A stretch of DNA of 64,000 bases from the human T2T-CHM13v2.0 reference genome, Homo sapiens. The notes under the pieces are model-generated. The model searched no databases and was not told the origin of the DNA. It saw only the letters and a program-made list of their open reading frames with translations. Made by a program: the position numbers and the translations under genes. This document shows, in pieces, positions 43,799 through 55,388 of this stretch; the stretch's first letter is position 1, and every line of letters begins with the position of its first letter. Location: assembly GCF_009914755.1 (NCBI RefSeq), contig NC_060931.1; one strand, 5' to 3'.

Positions 43799-44152
43799 TG
43801 ATATGGTTTGGCTATGTCCCCACCCAAATCTCAACTTGAATTGTATCTCCTAGAATTCCCATGTGTTGTCAGAGGAACACAGTGGGAGGTAATTGAATCA
43901 TGGGAGCCAGTCTTTCCAGTGCTATTCTCGTGATAATGAATAAGTCTCATGAGATCTGATGGGTGTATCGAGGATTTCCACTTTTGCTTCTTCCTCATTT
44001 TCTCTTGCCACCACCATGTAAGAAGTGCCTTTCACCTTCCGCCATGATTCTGAGGCCTCCCCAGCCATGTGGAACTGTAAGTCCAATTAAACCTCTTTTT
44101 CTTCCTAGTCTCGGGTATGTGTTTATGAGCAGTGTGAAAATGGACTAATACA
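43799..44152 (+). mobile_element. THE1A-type solo LTR
   Basis: tgatatggtttggc...ggactaataca; TSD agta(c/t); single TAATTGAATCA at 43890-43900. Confidence 0.95.
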
Positions 44153-45706
44153 AGTATATACATGTAATGTCAACTTGCTTGTACTGCACTCACTTACCAA
44201 AACATACAATGTCTTTTGGTATTGGCTGGGCATTTACGAGCTCATTTTATTGGTGCTGATTATCCCTTGCTAATCAGCATCCATAAAATGCAATTGTATT
44301 CACAAACATTTAGCTTAAAAACGCAAAGGTTTGAAGTTGAAAAAACTCTTTCAAACATGAATCTTGGGTTTCATATTGACTTAAGTGAATAAAGGTAGGA
44401 GCTATCTTAATTTTTAGTTGGAAACCAGATTGGAAAAGTTAAAGTTACAGAAACTTCAGATTTCAAAAAATTGTTGTTCTCAAGTGTTCTCACTTTTCTT
44501 TGAAATTGGACAGATATGATTTACAGTATTTGGAGAAAAACTTGGAGCAAAAGACAAACTTTCAGAAGAATAAAATGATCCAGACACTATTTTTTAATCC
44601 AGATGGAGTTGCAGCTATAATATAGCAGACTTCCAGAGAGAATTAAAAACTCAATTCTTTGCTTGTTCATTAAGAATCCCATGGTACTTGAAATTTTAAA
44701 AACTTTTTTTAAACTTTAATTTATTTGATTAGTGTAACTGACCATAGTGTTTTTTTAAATTTAGGTTCTGTACTAAACAGTTTGATTTGGCTGCATTTAC
44801 AATAAATACTTAATTCCAGTTCAGAGCAATCTTGCTCCAACCATGAACAAAGGGTACATTACTATATTGTGATTTAATACTTAATTACAATAGTACAAAA
44901 TTATTTCAGATATTCTGTGCATAATACAAGACTCACTACAAAATGTAAATGTAAAGTAAATATAGAAAGCTACAGTGTTGTTTGGTCCAGAACTGTTAAC
45001 TTGATAAAAACCTTCCTTTAGCATTTAAATCAATATATAGTATTAAATTAATTTGATTGATGAATAGTATAGTGTAAAATGTCTATTTACATGATAGAAG
45101 GCAGAGACATTCACTTTAAAGATTCTGAAAAAATAAACTGATAAACATGTATAAATGTAAATATATTTCTTCACCAAAAATTTATGACGCGTTTGTTTCC
45201 ATATAACATCAATGACAAACTTATTCTCACAAAAAATTTCTGTTTAAAGTTTTAAATTTTTTAGTGACTTTACCTAATACTATGGAAAACGTATTTATTG
45301 CTTGAATTATGCAAATTATAATAACAAATTACTAATTTTAAAAATGACTTTTTCTTATTTATTTTATTATATATTGCTGTTAATACTCAGTTATTCCTTA
45401 ACATCACCTTAGACATGAAGGATATAGTAACCTAATCCAAATTAGTTCATAAGCAAAATGCTGAAGTAGTTATTTTTTTCATGGGGGTTGGATGAGTGGA
45501 TAGAGGACTCTTCATAAATTTAAATTGCAGGTGTAATGGTTCAGAATTATGACTGAAAGCTGAATGTATGTATTTAACATTATATAGATAGCAATTACTA
45601 AGTACCAAACGCTAGTCTAATTATTAAGCTAATATTAAATACTTATTTCTCATACCAACCCTTCGAGGAAGAATGACAGTTTTTAGGGATTTTCACATAT
45701 AATTGA

Positions 45707-46730
45707 TGTGATTGTTAATATTAGGCGTCGCCTTGACTGGATTGAGGGATGCCTAGGTGGCTGGTAAAGTTTTGTTTCTGAGTGTGTCTGTGAGGGTGTT
45801 GCCAGAGAAGAATGACATTTAAGTCAGTGGACTGGGAGAGGAAGACCCACTGTTCTAAACTGTTCTCATGCTGGTAATAAAGACATACCCAAGACTGGGC
45901 AATTTATAAAGGAAAGAGGTTTAATTGACACACAGTTCCACCTGACTGGAAGGCTTCACAATGATGACAGATGAATGAGGAGCAAAGTCACATCTGACAT
46001 GCTGGCAGACAAAAAGAGAGCATGTGCAGGGGAACTCCACTTTATAAAACCACAGATCTCATGAGACTTATTCACTACTATGAGAACAGAAAGGGAAAGA
46101 CCCACTCCCATGATTCCATTACCTCCCACCAGGTCCCACCCACAACATGTGGGAATTATGGGAGCTACAATTCAAGATGAGATTTGAGTGGGGACACATC
46201 CTAACCATATCACCCACCCTCAATGTGGGTGGGCACCCTCCAATTTGCTGCCAGTTTGACTAAAACAAAGGAGGCTGAAGAAGAGGGATAAGCAGGTTGC
46301 TGAGTCCTCTATTTTTCTGTCTTCCCATGGCTTCCTCTCCTCCTGCCCTTGGACATCATACTCTGGGTTCTTAAGCTTTAGTACTCTGGCACTTGTACCA
46401 GTAGCCTCCGGGGGGCTCTTGAGCCTCTAGCCTCAGACTGAGGGCTGCACTGTCAACTTCCCTGGTTTTCAGGCTTTGGGACTTGGACTGAGCCATGCTG
46501 CTGGTTTCTCTCTTTCCCAATTTGAAGATGGACTATCCTGGGACATAGCCTTGTAACTGTGAGTCAATTCTCTCTAATAAAATCTCATATATATATACAC
46601 ACATATATACACATAAATACACATATATATATACATATATCTACACATATATATATACACACACATACATATATATACATACATACATATCTTATTGATT
46701 CTTTCCTTCTGGAGAACACTGACTAATACA
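45707..46730 (+). mobile_element. MLT2A2-type (HERV-L) solo LTR, interrupted by THE1
   Basis: tgtgattgttaatattagg...ctgactaataca; TSD attg(a/g); internal (TA/CA)n tract at ~46586-46690. Confidence 0.9.
45851..46212 (-). mobile_element. THE1B-type solo LTR nested in MLT2A
   Basis: Antisense THE1 ending ..accatatca; 5-bp TSD cccac at 45846-45850 and 46213-46217. Confidence 0.92.
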
Positions 46731-48406
46731 ATTGGTTTCTCTTTCATGTTATATAGTAGGATTCAACTTCTCCATGAATTGAATTTATGTATGGCTATAT
46801 GAGATTAGTTGGTCAGTTAAGGTGGAAATGATGTGTGTCACCCTCAATTCTAAATAACCAGTGTGAAATTTTCTCTCGACTATTTGAAGAGGCAATTATT
46901 TAGATGTAGTCTATATCCCTAAGTGACTAAGTAGGGCCCCTTTGTGACAATCAATACAAATATGTCAAGAACATGAAAGAAGCAAATTTGTTTTAAGCTA
47001 CTGAGATTTGGGAAGTTTTTGTTATAGAAGCACAATGTAGTATATCTTAAATGATACAGCTATGTATTGTTATTATCTCCATTGTATACATAAGGGACAG
47101 GAAGGCTAACTGGCTTGCCCAAAAAAGCAGAGCTTTCAGCAAAATTAGAACTCTTTCAGGGTGGAAAAGCAATGGGTATACTTCAAAACATTGTAAGGCA
47201 AACATAATCTCACAGCTGCATGAGACCAAAAAAAAAAAAAAATAGTTGAGACCTAAAATAGACTGCCTAAAGCCTAGGAGGAAAAGCTTGGGGGAGAGTT
47301 TCCTTGGGAAGGTTTGACATTCAAAAGTGCCTATGTACACTGGAGGATTTAGAAAGCCACATACAGGTTCAGAGTGGAATGTATGCTCAGCAAAAGCTTG
47401 AGAAGATCATAAGCTTTCACATCTGGGTGATCTCTATCTGAGAAGTGCAATAACTAAATTGAAAATTTCGCTAGGGTATTCAACAGCAGATTTGGGCAGT
47501 CTAATCAGGAAATAAAGGCTAAGGCAGCATTGTTAACAGCCTGATTAAGTATTGAAGGAATGCTCCAGAACAGATGCAATCTACAAAAACTGCTTTTTTG
47601 TTTGTTTATTGATGTGTTGCCTCCGGCATTCAAGGAAATTTCTGCCATGATACTAGCTGAACACACGCTAAAGGAACTGACAGTTAAATGACCATAAGTG
47701 ACACTGAATACAATCTTTGCAAAAATAAGAAAAGTTACTAAATATATTTTTACAGTCAAAGATAGTGAGTTCTGGGGAAGAAGGAGAATCTTGTTCCCAG
47801 AATTTTCATAGGATTCAAATATTCAGATTTGGATAAAATAGTCACATGACATACAAAGAAACAGGAAACTATGTCTCATTCACAGGAAAAAAAAAAGTGA
47901 CAGATACCATCCCTGAGGAATCCCTGACATTGTGTTTATAATATAAATAGTTTAAATAAACAGTCTTAAATATTCTCAAAGAACTATTAAAAACTACACA
48001 CCAAGAACTGAGGGAAACCAGGAAAATGATGGATGTACAAGTAGACACAAAAAATATTTTAAAAAGAAACAATTAGACATTATGGAACTTAAAATTACAA
48101 TAACTGAAATAAAAAATTCACTAGAGTGCTCAATAGGAGATTTGAAAAGTCAGAAGAAAATAACAGCAGACTTGAAGATAGGTCAATTAAAATTATCCAG
48201 TCTGAAAAACAGAAAGAATAATAAAGTGAACCAAGTGACCTGTGGGATGAAAAAATATATGAAGAATAATGGCAAAAACTTTTCTTATTTGATAAAAAAC
48301 GTAAATCTCCTGATTCAAGAGGCTCAACAAATTCTAACTAGCATAACCTCAAAAAGATCCATTCTGAGAAACATTACAAGCATATCATTTAAAGTCTATG
48401 ATTTAA

Positions 48407-48798
48407 AGTCTTGGGAGGGTGTATGTGTCCAGGAATTTATTCATTTCTTCTAGATTTTCTAGTTTATTTGCCTAGAGGTGTATATAGTATTCTTGGATGG
48501 TAGTTTGTATTTCTGTGGGATCAGTGGTGATATTCCTTTTATCATTTTTTATTGTGCCTATTTGATTCTTTTCTCTTTTATTCTTTATTGGTCTGGCTAT
48601 CCATCTATCTATTTTGTTAATCTTTTCAAAAAACCAGCTCCTAGATTCATTGATTTTTTAAAGGATTTTTTGTGTCTCTATCTCCTTCAGTTCTGCTCTG
48701 ATCTTAGTTATTTCTTTTCTGCTAGATTTTGAATTTGTTTGCTCTTGCTTCTCCAGTTCTTTTAATTGTGATGTTAGGGTTTCGGTTTTAGATCTTTC
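48407..48798 (-). repeat. 392-bp local duplicate of 49935-50326 (L1PA ORF2 sequence)
   Basis: Ungapped alignment at offset 1528 with 7 mismatches by eye. Confidence 0.95.
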
Positions 48799-49167
48799 TA
48801 AAACCGAATTCTCTAGATGAGAATTTTGAAAGCAGCAAGAGAAAGAAACTCATCATTTACAAAAAAATCATTAAGCTGATATTTTATATAAAACCCTGGA
48901 GGCCATATTTAGTGGGGTGACATATTTATAGTGCTGAAAGAAGAAAGTCAAACAAAAATTTTATATCCAGCAAAAGTATCCTTCAACAAATCAAGGAGAA
49001 ATTAAGACATCTCCACATAAAAGTTGTGAGAGTTTGCCATCACTAGATGTGTTCAGAAGAAATGCTAATGGGAGTTCTTCAAGTTTAAGCAAAGGGACAC
49101 TAGACAATAACTTGAAGAGATACAAGAAAATATATCTCCAGTAACGGTAACTGTAGAAGTAAATATA

Positions 49168-50508
49168 ATTTGACTTCCTCTCTTCCTATTTGAATACTCT
49201 TTATTTGTTTCTCTTGCCTGATTGCCCTGGCCAGAACTTCCAATACTATGTTGAATAGGAGTGGTGAGAGAGGGCATCGTTGTCTTGTGCTGGGTTTCAA
49301 AGGGAACGCTTCCAGCATTTGCTCATTCAGTATGATATTGGCTGCTGGTTTGTCATAAATAGCTCTTATTATTTTGAGATACGTTCCATCAATACCTAGT
49401 TTATAGAGAGTTTTTAGCATGAAGGGGTGTTGAATTTTATCGAAGGCCTTTTCTGCATCTATTCAGATAATCATGTGGTTTTTTTTGTTGGTTCTGTTTA
49501 TGTGATGGATTACATTTACTGATTTGCATATGTTGAACCAGCCTTGCATCCCAGGGATGAAGCCGACTTGATTGTGGTGGATAAGGTTTTTGATGTGCTG
49601 CTGGATTCAGTTTGCCAGTATTTTATTGAGGATTTTTGCATCAATGTTCTTCAGGGATATTGGCCTGACATTTTCTTTTTTTGTTGTGTCTCTGCCAGGT
49701 TTTGGCATCAGGATGATGCTGGCCTCATAAAATGAGTTAGAGAGGAATCTTTCTTTTTTATTGATTGTAATACTTTCACAGTGAATGGTACCAGCTCCTC
49801 TTCGTACCTCTGGTAGAATTCGGCTGTGAATCCGTCTGGTCCTGGGCTTTTTTTTGGTTGGTAGGCTATTAATTACTGCCTCAATTTCAGAACTTGTTGC
49901 TGGTCTATTCAGGGATTAGACTTCTTCCTGGTTTAGTCTTGGGAGGGTGTATGTGTCCAGGAATTTATCCATTTATTCTAGATTTTCTAGTTTATTTGCC
50001 TAGAGGTGTTTATAGTATTCTCGGATGGTAGTTTGTATTTCTGTGGGATCAGTGGTGATATTCCTTTTATCATTTTTTATTGTGCCTATTTGATTCTTCT
50101 CTCTTTTATTCTTTATTGGTCTGGCTATCCATCTATCTATTTTGTTAATCTTTTCAAAAAACCAGCTCCTAGATTCATTGATTTTTTAAAGGATTTTTCA
50201 TGTCTCTATCTCCTTCAGTTCTGCTCTGATCTTAGTTATTTCTTTTCTGCTAGATTTTGAATTTGTTTGCTCTTGCTTCTCCAGTTCTTTTAATTGTGAT
50301 GTTAGGGTTTCGGTTTTAGATCTTTCCCGCTTTCTCCTGTGGGTATTTAGTGCTATAAATTACCTTCTACACACTGCTTTAGCTGTGTCCCAGAGATTCT
50401 GGTACATTATGTCTTTGTTCTCATTGGTTTCAAAGAACTTATTTATTTCTGCCTTCATTTTGTTATGTACCCAGTAGTCATTCAGGAGCAGGTTGTTCAG
50501 TTTCCATG
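49168..50508 (-). mobile_element. Internal L1PA ORF2 fragment with no 3'UTR, poly(A) or TSD
   Basis: Antisense ORF2 from the end of EN ([10 protein letters not shown] region) to just before FADD (REEVKL). Confidence 0.9.
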
Positions 50509-50984
50509 AATTGGTATCAGTAAAAAGTAGGAAGTTACAAATTTAGAATGTCAATTGTAATCCCTATAGGGACCAAAGAAATGTATCTCTAAAGTACCAG
50601 CATGCAAACTCAGTTTAATTCCCCAGTCTATCCTTTTAACCATGTTATGCTCCTTCTTACTGTAAAAGGAGATTTGAATCATCCACACATTCATTGAGCA
50701 AATATGTATTTTCACCATCCAGTGATTAATACTGTAATAGGTTCTGGCATTATAATGCTGAATAAAATATTAAACATAGCTTCCAATAGATAATAGTTTT
50801 ACCATTGTACAATATTTATTGTAACAATAGAAAAATGTACACAAATCAAAACATTTTCTATCAAATAAGTACAATGTAAAAGAAGACATCTTTGTAGTTC
50901 TCATACCATTAGAATACTATGAAAAGATTTGCAATATTAGACTCTAATATGAATTTGTTACTAGGTTAATGTTTGTAAGTTTCA

Positions 50985-51430
50985 AGTGGTCTCTCCACCT
51001 CTTTTACCTCAATTCCTGTCCTTCTTCCACTGCAGTCCCACTGATATCCTTGCCATTTCTTAAAAATACTGGGCATATTTCTGCCTTGAGACCTTTGATT
51101 TGCTATTCTTTCAGCAAAAACTCAGTCACTGCACATAACCTGGAGGGTCCTCCCTCACGTATTTCACTTAACCAAAGAGGTCTTCTGTGGTCATCCTGAA
51201 CAAATGAATTGCATTCCTTCCCAGACACTTCCTATTGTAATTTATTTCCTATCTCTGTAATTATTTTTTTGTCGAAATAGATAGTTATATCATCTATATC
51301 TATATTTAAACCTATATCTATCTATATGTTCATTTGTTCATTTTCTTTGTTTCCCCAAATGAATATAAGCTTTAGGAGAGCAAACATTTTACCTGTTTTG
51401 TTCCCTAGTTAGCAGAAAATGTATTTCTAA
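50985..51430 (+). mobile_element. L2 3' fragment
   Basis: ccactgatatccttgccatttctt..ctgccttgagacctttg..gaatataagctttaggagagc pattern. Confidence 0.5.
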
Positions 51431-51977
51431 AAATATTTGCCAACTATACATCCAACGAAGGAATAACATCCAGAATCTACAAGAAACTCAAACAAATCAG
51501 CAAGAAAAAAATAATAATTTCATCAAAAAGTGGGCAAATGACATAAATAGACATTTCTCAAATGAAGATATACAAATATATTTAAAAAATATTCAACATC
51601 ACTAATTATCAGGGGAATGCAAATTAAAACCACAATGAGATAACACCTTACCCCAGCAAGAATGGCCATTATTAAAAAATCAAAAACAATAGATGTTGGC
51701 ATGAATGTGGTGAAAGGGAAAGCTTATACACTGCAGGTGGGAATATAAATTAGTAAAACCCCTATGGAAAACAGTATGAAAGTTTCTTAAAGAACTAAAA
51801 GTAGACCTACCATTGAATCCAGCAATCCCACTACTGGGTATCTACCCAAAGGAAAAGATGTCAGTATATCAAAAAGACACCTGCACACGAATATTTATTG
51901 CAGCACAATTCACAATTGCAAAGATACAGGATGACCCTATGTACCCACTGACCAATGAGTGGATAAAGAAAATGTTA

Positions 51978-53372
51978 AATATATATAAATGTATAATATA
52001 TTGATATAAATACATTCTATATAATATGATATACAATAAATATTATATATAATATATAAAATAATAATATAATATACAATAATATAATACAATATGAAAT
52101 ATAATATATAATATATTGTTATAAATATAAATACATAATATATAATATAATAATACAATTTAATATACAATATATAATATATTGATATATAATATATAAT
52201 ATATAATATATAAATATTAATATATATTATATATAATATATAAATATTAATATATATTATATATAATATATAAATATTAATATATATTATATATAATATA
52301 TAAATATTAATATATATTATATATAATATATAAATATTAATATATATTATATATAATATATAAATATTAATATATAATATAATATATAATATATAAATAT
52401 ACAATATATATTATATTTATATATTATATAATATGTTATATAATATATAAATATATAATATATTGATATCAATATATAATATATATAAATTATTTATATA
52501 TTATATATTTAGATATCAATATATTACATATTTAGATATAAATATATAATATTTATATATAAATAATTTATACAAATATACATATATAATATAATGATAT
52601 CTAAATATATATTTATATATAAATAATTTATATAAACATAAATATATATTTATATTTATATAAATATATATTTATAATTATATATATAATTTATATATTT
52701 ATAATTTATAATTATATTTTTATTTATTTATATATATTATTTATTTATATATAATTATTTATAATTATATATAATTATATAATTATAATTTATAAATATA
52801 ATTTATATTTATATTTTTATATAAATATAAATATATATTTATATAAATTATTTATATATAAATATTATATATATTTATATATTATAAATATTAAATATAT
52901 TATACGCATATATTTACATAAATAAATTTACGTATTTATATATACATATGAATATATATTGATATAAATATAAATATATAATATAATTTTAAATATGTAT
53001 TTATATAATATATTTATATTTATATAAATATATAATATAATGATATAAATATAAATATAATATATTGATATAAATATATACATATACTATATTAATATAT
53101 AAATATATGCATATAATATATTCACATAAATATATGCCTATATTTATATGAATATAAATATAGGCATATATATGCATATAAATATATACATATATTTATA
53201 TAAAAATATAATTATATGCATATAATATATTCATATGAATATAAGCATAAACGTATATTTATATGAATATAAACATATTTATATGAGTATAAACATATAT
53301 TGATATAAATATAAACATATTGATATAAATATTAACATATATTTATGTAAATATAAACGTATAAATATATAT
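51978..53372. repeat. ~1.4-kb AT-rich expansion containing a 30-bp minisatellite (6 copies, 52201-52380)
   Basis: Unit atataatatataaatattaatatatattat; five perfect copies and one variant. Confidence 0.95.
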
Positions 53373-53539
53373 ATGCCTGGTTGTTAAAACTTTATATAAT
53401 TGTAATGAAGATTCGATATGAAAAAACATTTTGATGTAATCCCAGCACTTTGGGAGTCTGAGGTTCGCAGATCACAAGGTCCGGAGTTTGAGACAAGCCT
53501 GGCCAATATGGTGAAACCCCGTCTTTGCTAAAAATACAA
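53373..53539 (+). repeat. 167-bp local duplicate of 55044-55209 (unique flank plus Alu left arm)
   Basis: Colinear alignment, ~16 differences by eye, same flank/Alu junction (aacattttga|tgtaatccc). Confidence 0.93.
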
Positions 53540-53574
53540 TATATCATATATATATAATATATAATGTTTATATA

Positions 53575-53578
<4 letters not shown>

Positions 53579-53608
<30 letters not shown>
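53579..53608. repeat. (CA)n microsatellite
   Basis: Direct reading. Confidence 0.95.
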
Positions 53609-53610
<2 letters not shown>

Positions 53611-53949
53611 CTCAGTCTTAAAAACGACAGAATAATGTCTTTTGCAGCAACTAGGATGGAGTGAGAGACCAGTATTCTAAGTGAAGTAACTCAGGAATGG
53701 AAAACTAAATACTGTAAATTCTCACTTATATGTGGCAGCTAAGCTATGGGTATACAAAGGCATACAGAGTGGTATAACACACTTAGACTCAGGAAGGGAA
53801 GGGTGGGAGGGGCGTGAGGAATAAAAAACTACATATTGGGTAAAATGCACACTGCTCATGTGATGGGAGCACTAAAATTCCAGACTTCATCACTATACAA
53901 TTCATCCATGTAATCAAGAAACACTTGTACCCTAAAAAGCTGTTGAAGT

Positions 53950-54000
53950 ATAGATACATAGATAGATGATAGAGAGATAGATATAGATATATAGATAGAC

Positions 54001-54039
<39 letters not shown>
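53950..54039. repeat. (GATA)n tetranucleotide repeat in the L1 tail
   Basis: Direct reading; ~9 perfect units at 54001-54038. Confidence 0.95.
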
Positions 54040-55104
54040 CAAATGCCTTGAAAGAAATAAAAATATATCTGTAATTCCTAGAAAAATGTCAGGTTCTAAG
54101 TATTTGTTGACTGATATGGTCGATGAACCACAATCAATATTATGTAATTTATATTTCACAGAGAATGTAACAGAATGAAACTAACACTGCACAAATTATG
54201 TAGTGATAAGATTAAGAGAGATTTCAATATTCCCTGAATCTGTTCTTCTGCCTTGAGGTAAAGTAGTTTGTTTTATAACTTTTAAGAAGAAAATGTTCTA
54301 GCATCACATTTCTCTACTCCTACCATTAATTCATGAAATCATAGGATTCTTACAAATTTATCTTAAATATCTCTTAATGAGGTTTAATCTTTTTTCCTTT
54401 TTCACTATTAGCTGAGAAAATATTGTAAGTATATCCATTGTAATAGCTTTTGAGACATAAGAACGTTATAACTTCTACCACTAATCTTTACCTTTGCAGA
54501 ATAAATATTTTAGCTTTATTTCTATGTTTCATAATCAGACTTATAAATTTTTTCTTAATCTCCTTTGGAAGGTGATAACTTCAGTGTTGGTACATATGCT
54601 ATTCTCCACTTCAAAATATTTTGTAACACAGTAAAGTAAAATGTTAGCAAATTAACGTATTACAGTATTTATGTACATTCTCTCTAATCAAGAGCCAGAA
54701 GACTGACCCCTGATGTTGGGACATGCATAATGAACGCATAGAGATTCCACAGTGAGGATTATAACTATTGAGTAAAGAAGAAAATAATGTTAACGCAATT
54801 CTGGGATGTTAAGTTATTCAACTATTATAATAAATACCATCCCTTTTCTCTATATTTCCTAGAGGCAGTTAAACAGAACCTGGAGAAATTCTCTGAGATT
54901 CACTATGCTCACCTGACTGAACCCTCTAACCATCCCCCACAATGAAGGGAGATATCTATGAATTATTTTTTGCCTATACCATCACTTCAAAATAAAAAAT
55001 TTAAAAAATGACCATGACTAGGAATTACAAAGGCTTGAAACAAATGCTTGGTTGTTAAAACTTTATATAATTGTAGTGAAGATTCGACATGAAAAACATT
55101 TTGA

Positions 55105-55388
55105 TGTAATCCCAGCACTTTGGGAGGCTGAGGCGGGTAGATCACAATGTCAGGAGTTTGAGACCAGCCTGGCCAATATGGTGAAACCCTGTCTCTACTA
55201 AAATTACAAAAATTAGCTGGGAATGGTGGGAGGAGCCTGTAGTCCCAGCTACTTGGGAGGCTGAGGCAGAACTGCTTGAACCAGGGAGGCGGAGGTTGCA
55301 GTGAGCCAAGATGGCCCCAGCCCCACTGCACTCCAGCCTGGGAGACAGAGTGAGATTCTGTCTCAAAAAAAAAAAAAAAAAAAAAAAA
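55105..55388 (+). mobile_element. AluS element, 5'-truncated, with A~24 tail
   Basis: Starts at tgtaatcccagc; both arms present; no convincing TSD. Confidence 0.93.

Larger units (their letters stand above)
47090..50600 (+). mobile_element. Old L1M 5'UTR/ORF1/inter-ORF remnant hosting two younger inserts
   Basis: ORF1-like text (MELKITITEIKNSLE.., gagaattttgaaagcagcaagagaaag, tatatccagcaaaagtatccttcaa); boundaries approximate. Confidence 0.65.
51432..53950 (+). mobile_element. 5'-truncated L1PB-type 3' end interrupted by an AT-rich expansion
   Basis: ORF2 end to ~51975; resumes at ~53609 (ctcagtctt..ttctaagtgaagtaactcaggaatgg..cttcatcactatacaattcatccatgtaa). Confidence 0.9.

Noticed and set aside
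48407-48798. Independent L1 retrotransposition or assembly error as the source of the duplicate
   Set aside because: No tail, ~98% identity to the local copy, reciprocal CpG decay between copies and structured junctions all favour a real DNA-level copy
51937-52404. 155-aa Ile/Tyr-rich repetitive ORF; CRISPR-like regular repeats
   Set aside because: It is the translation of a head-to-tail 30-bp AT minisatellite with no spacers, in eukaryotic DNA
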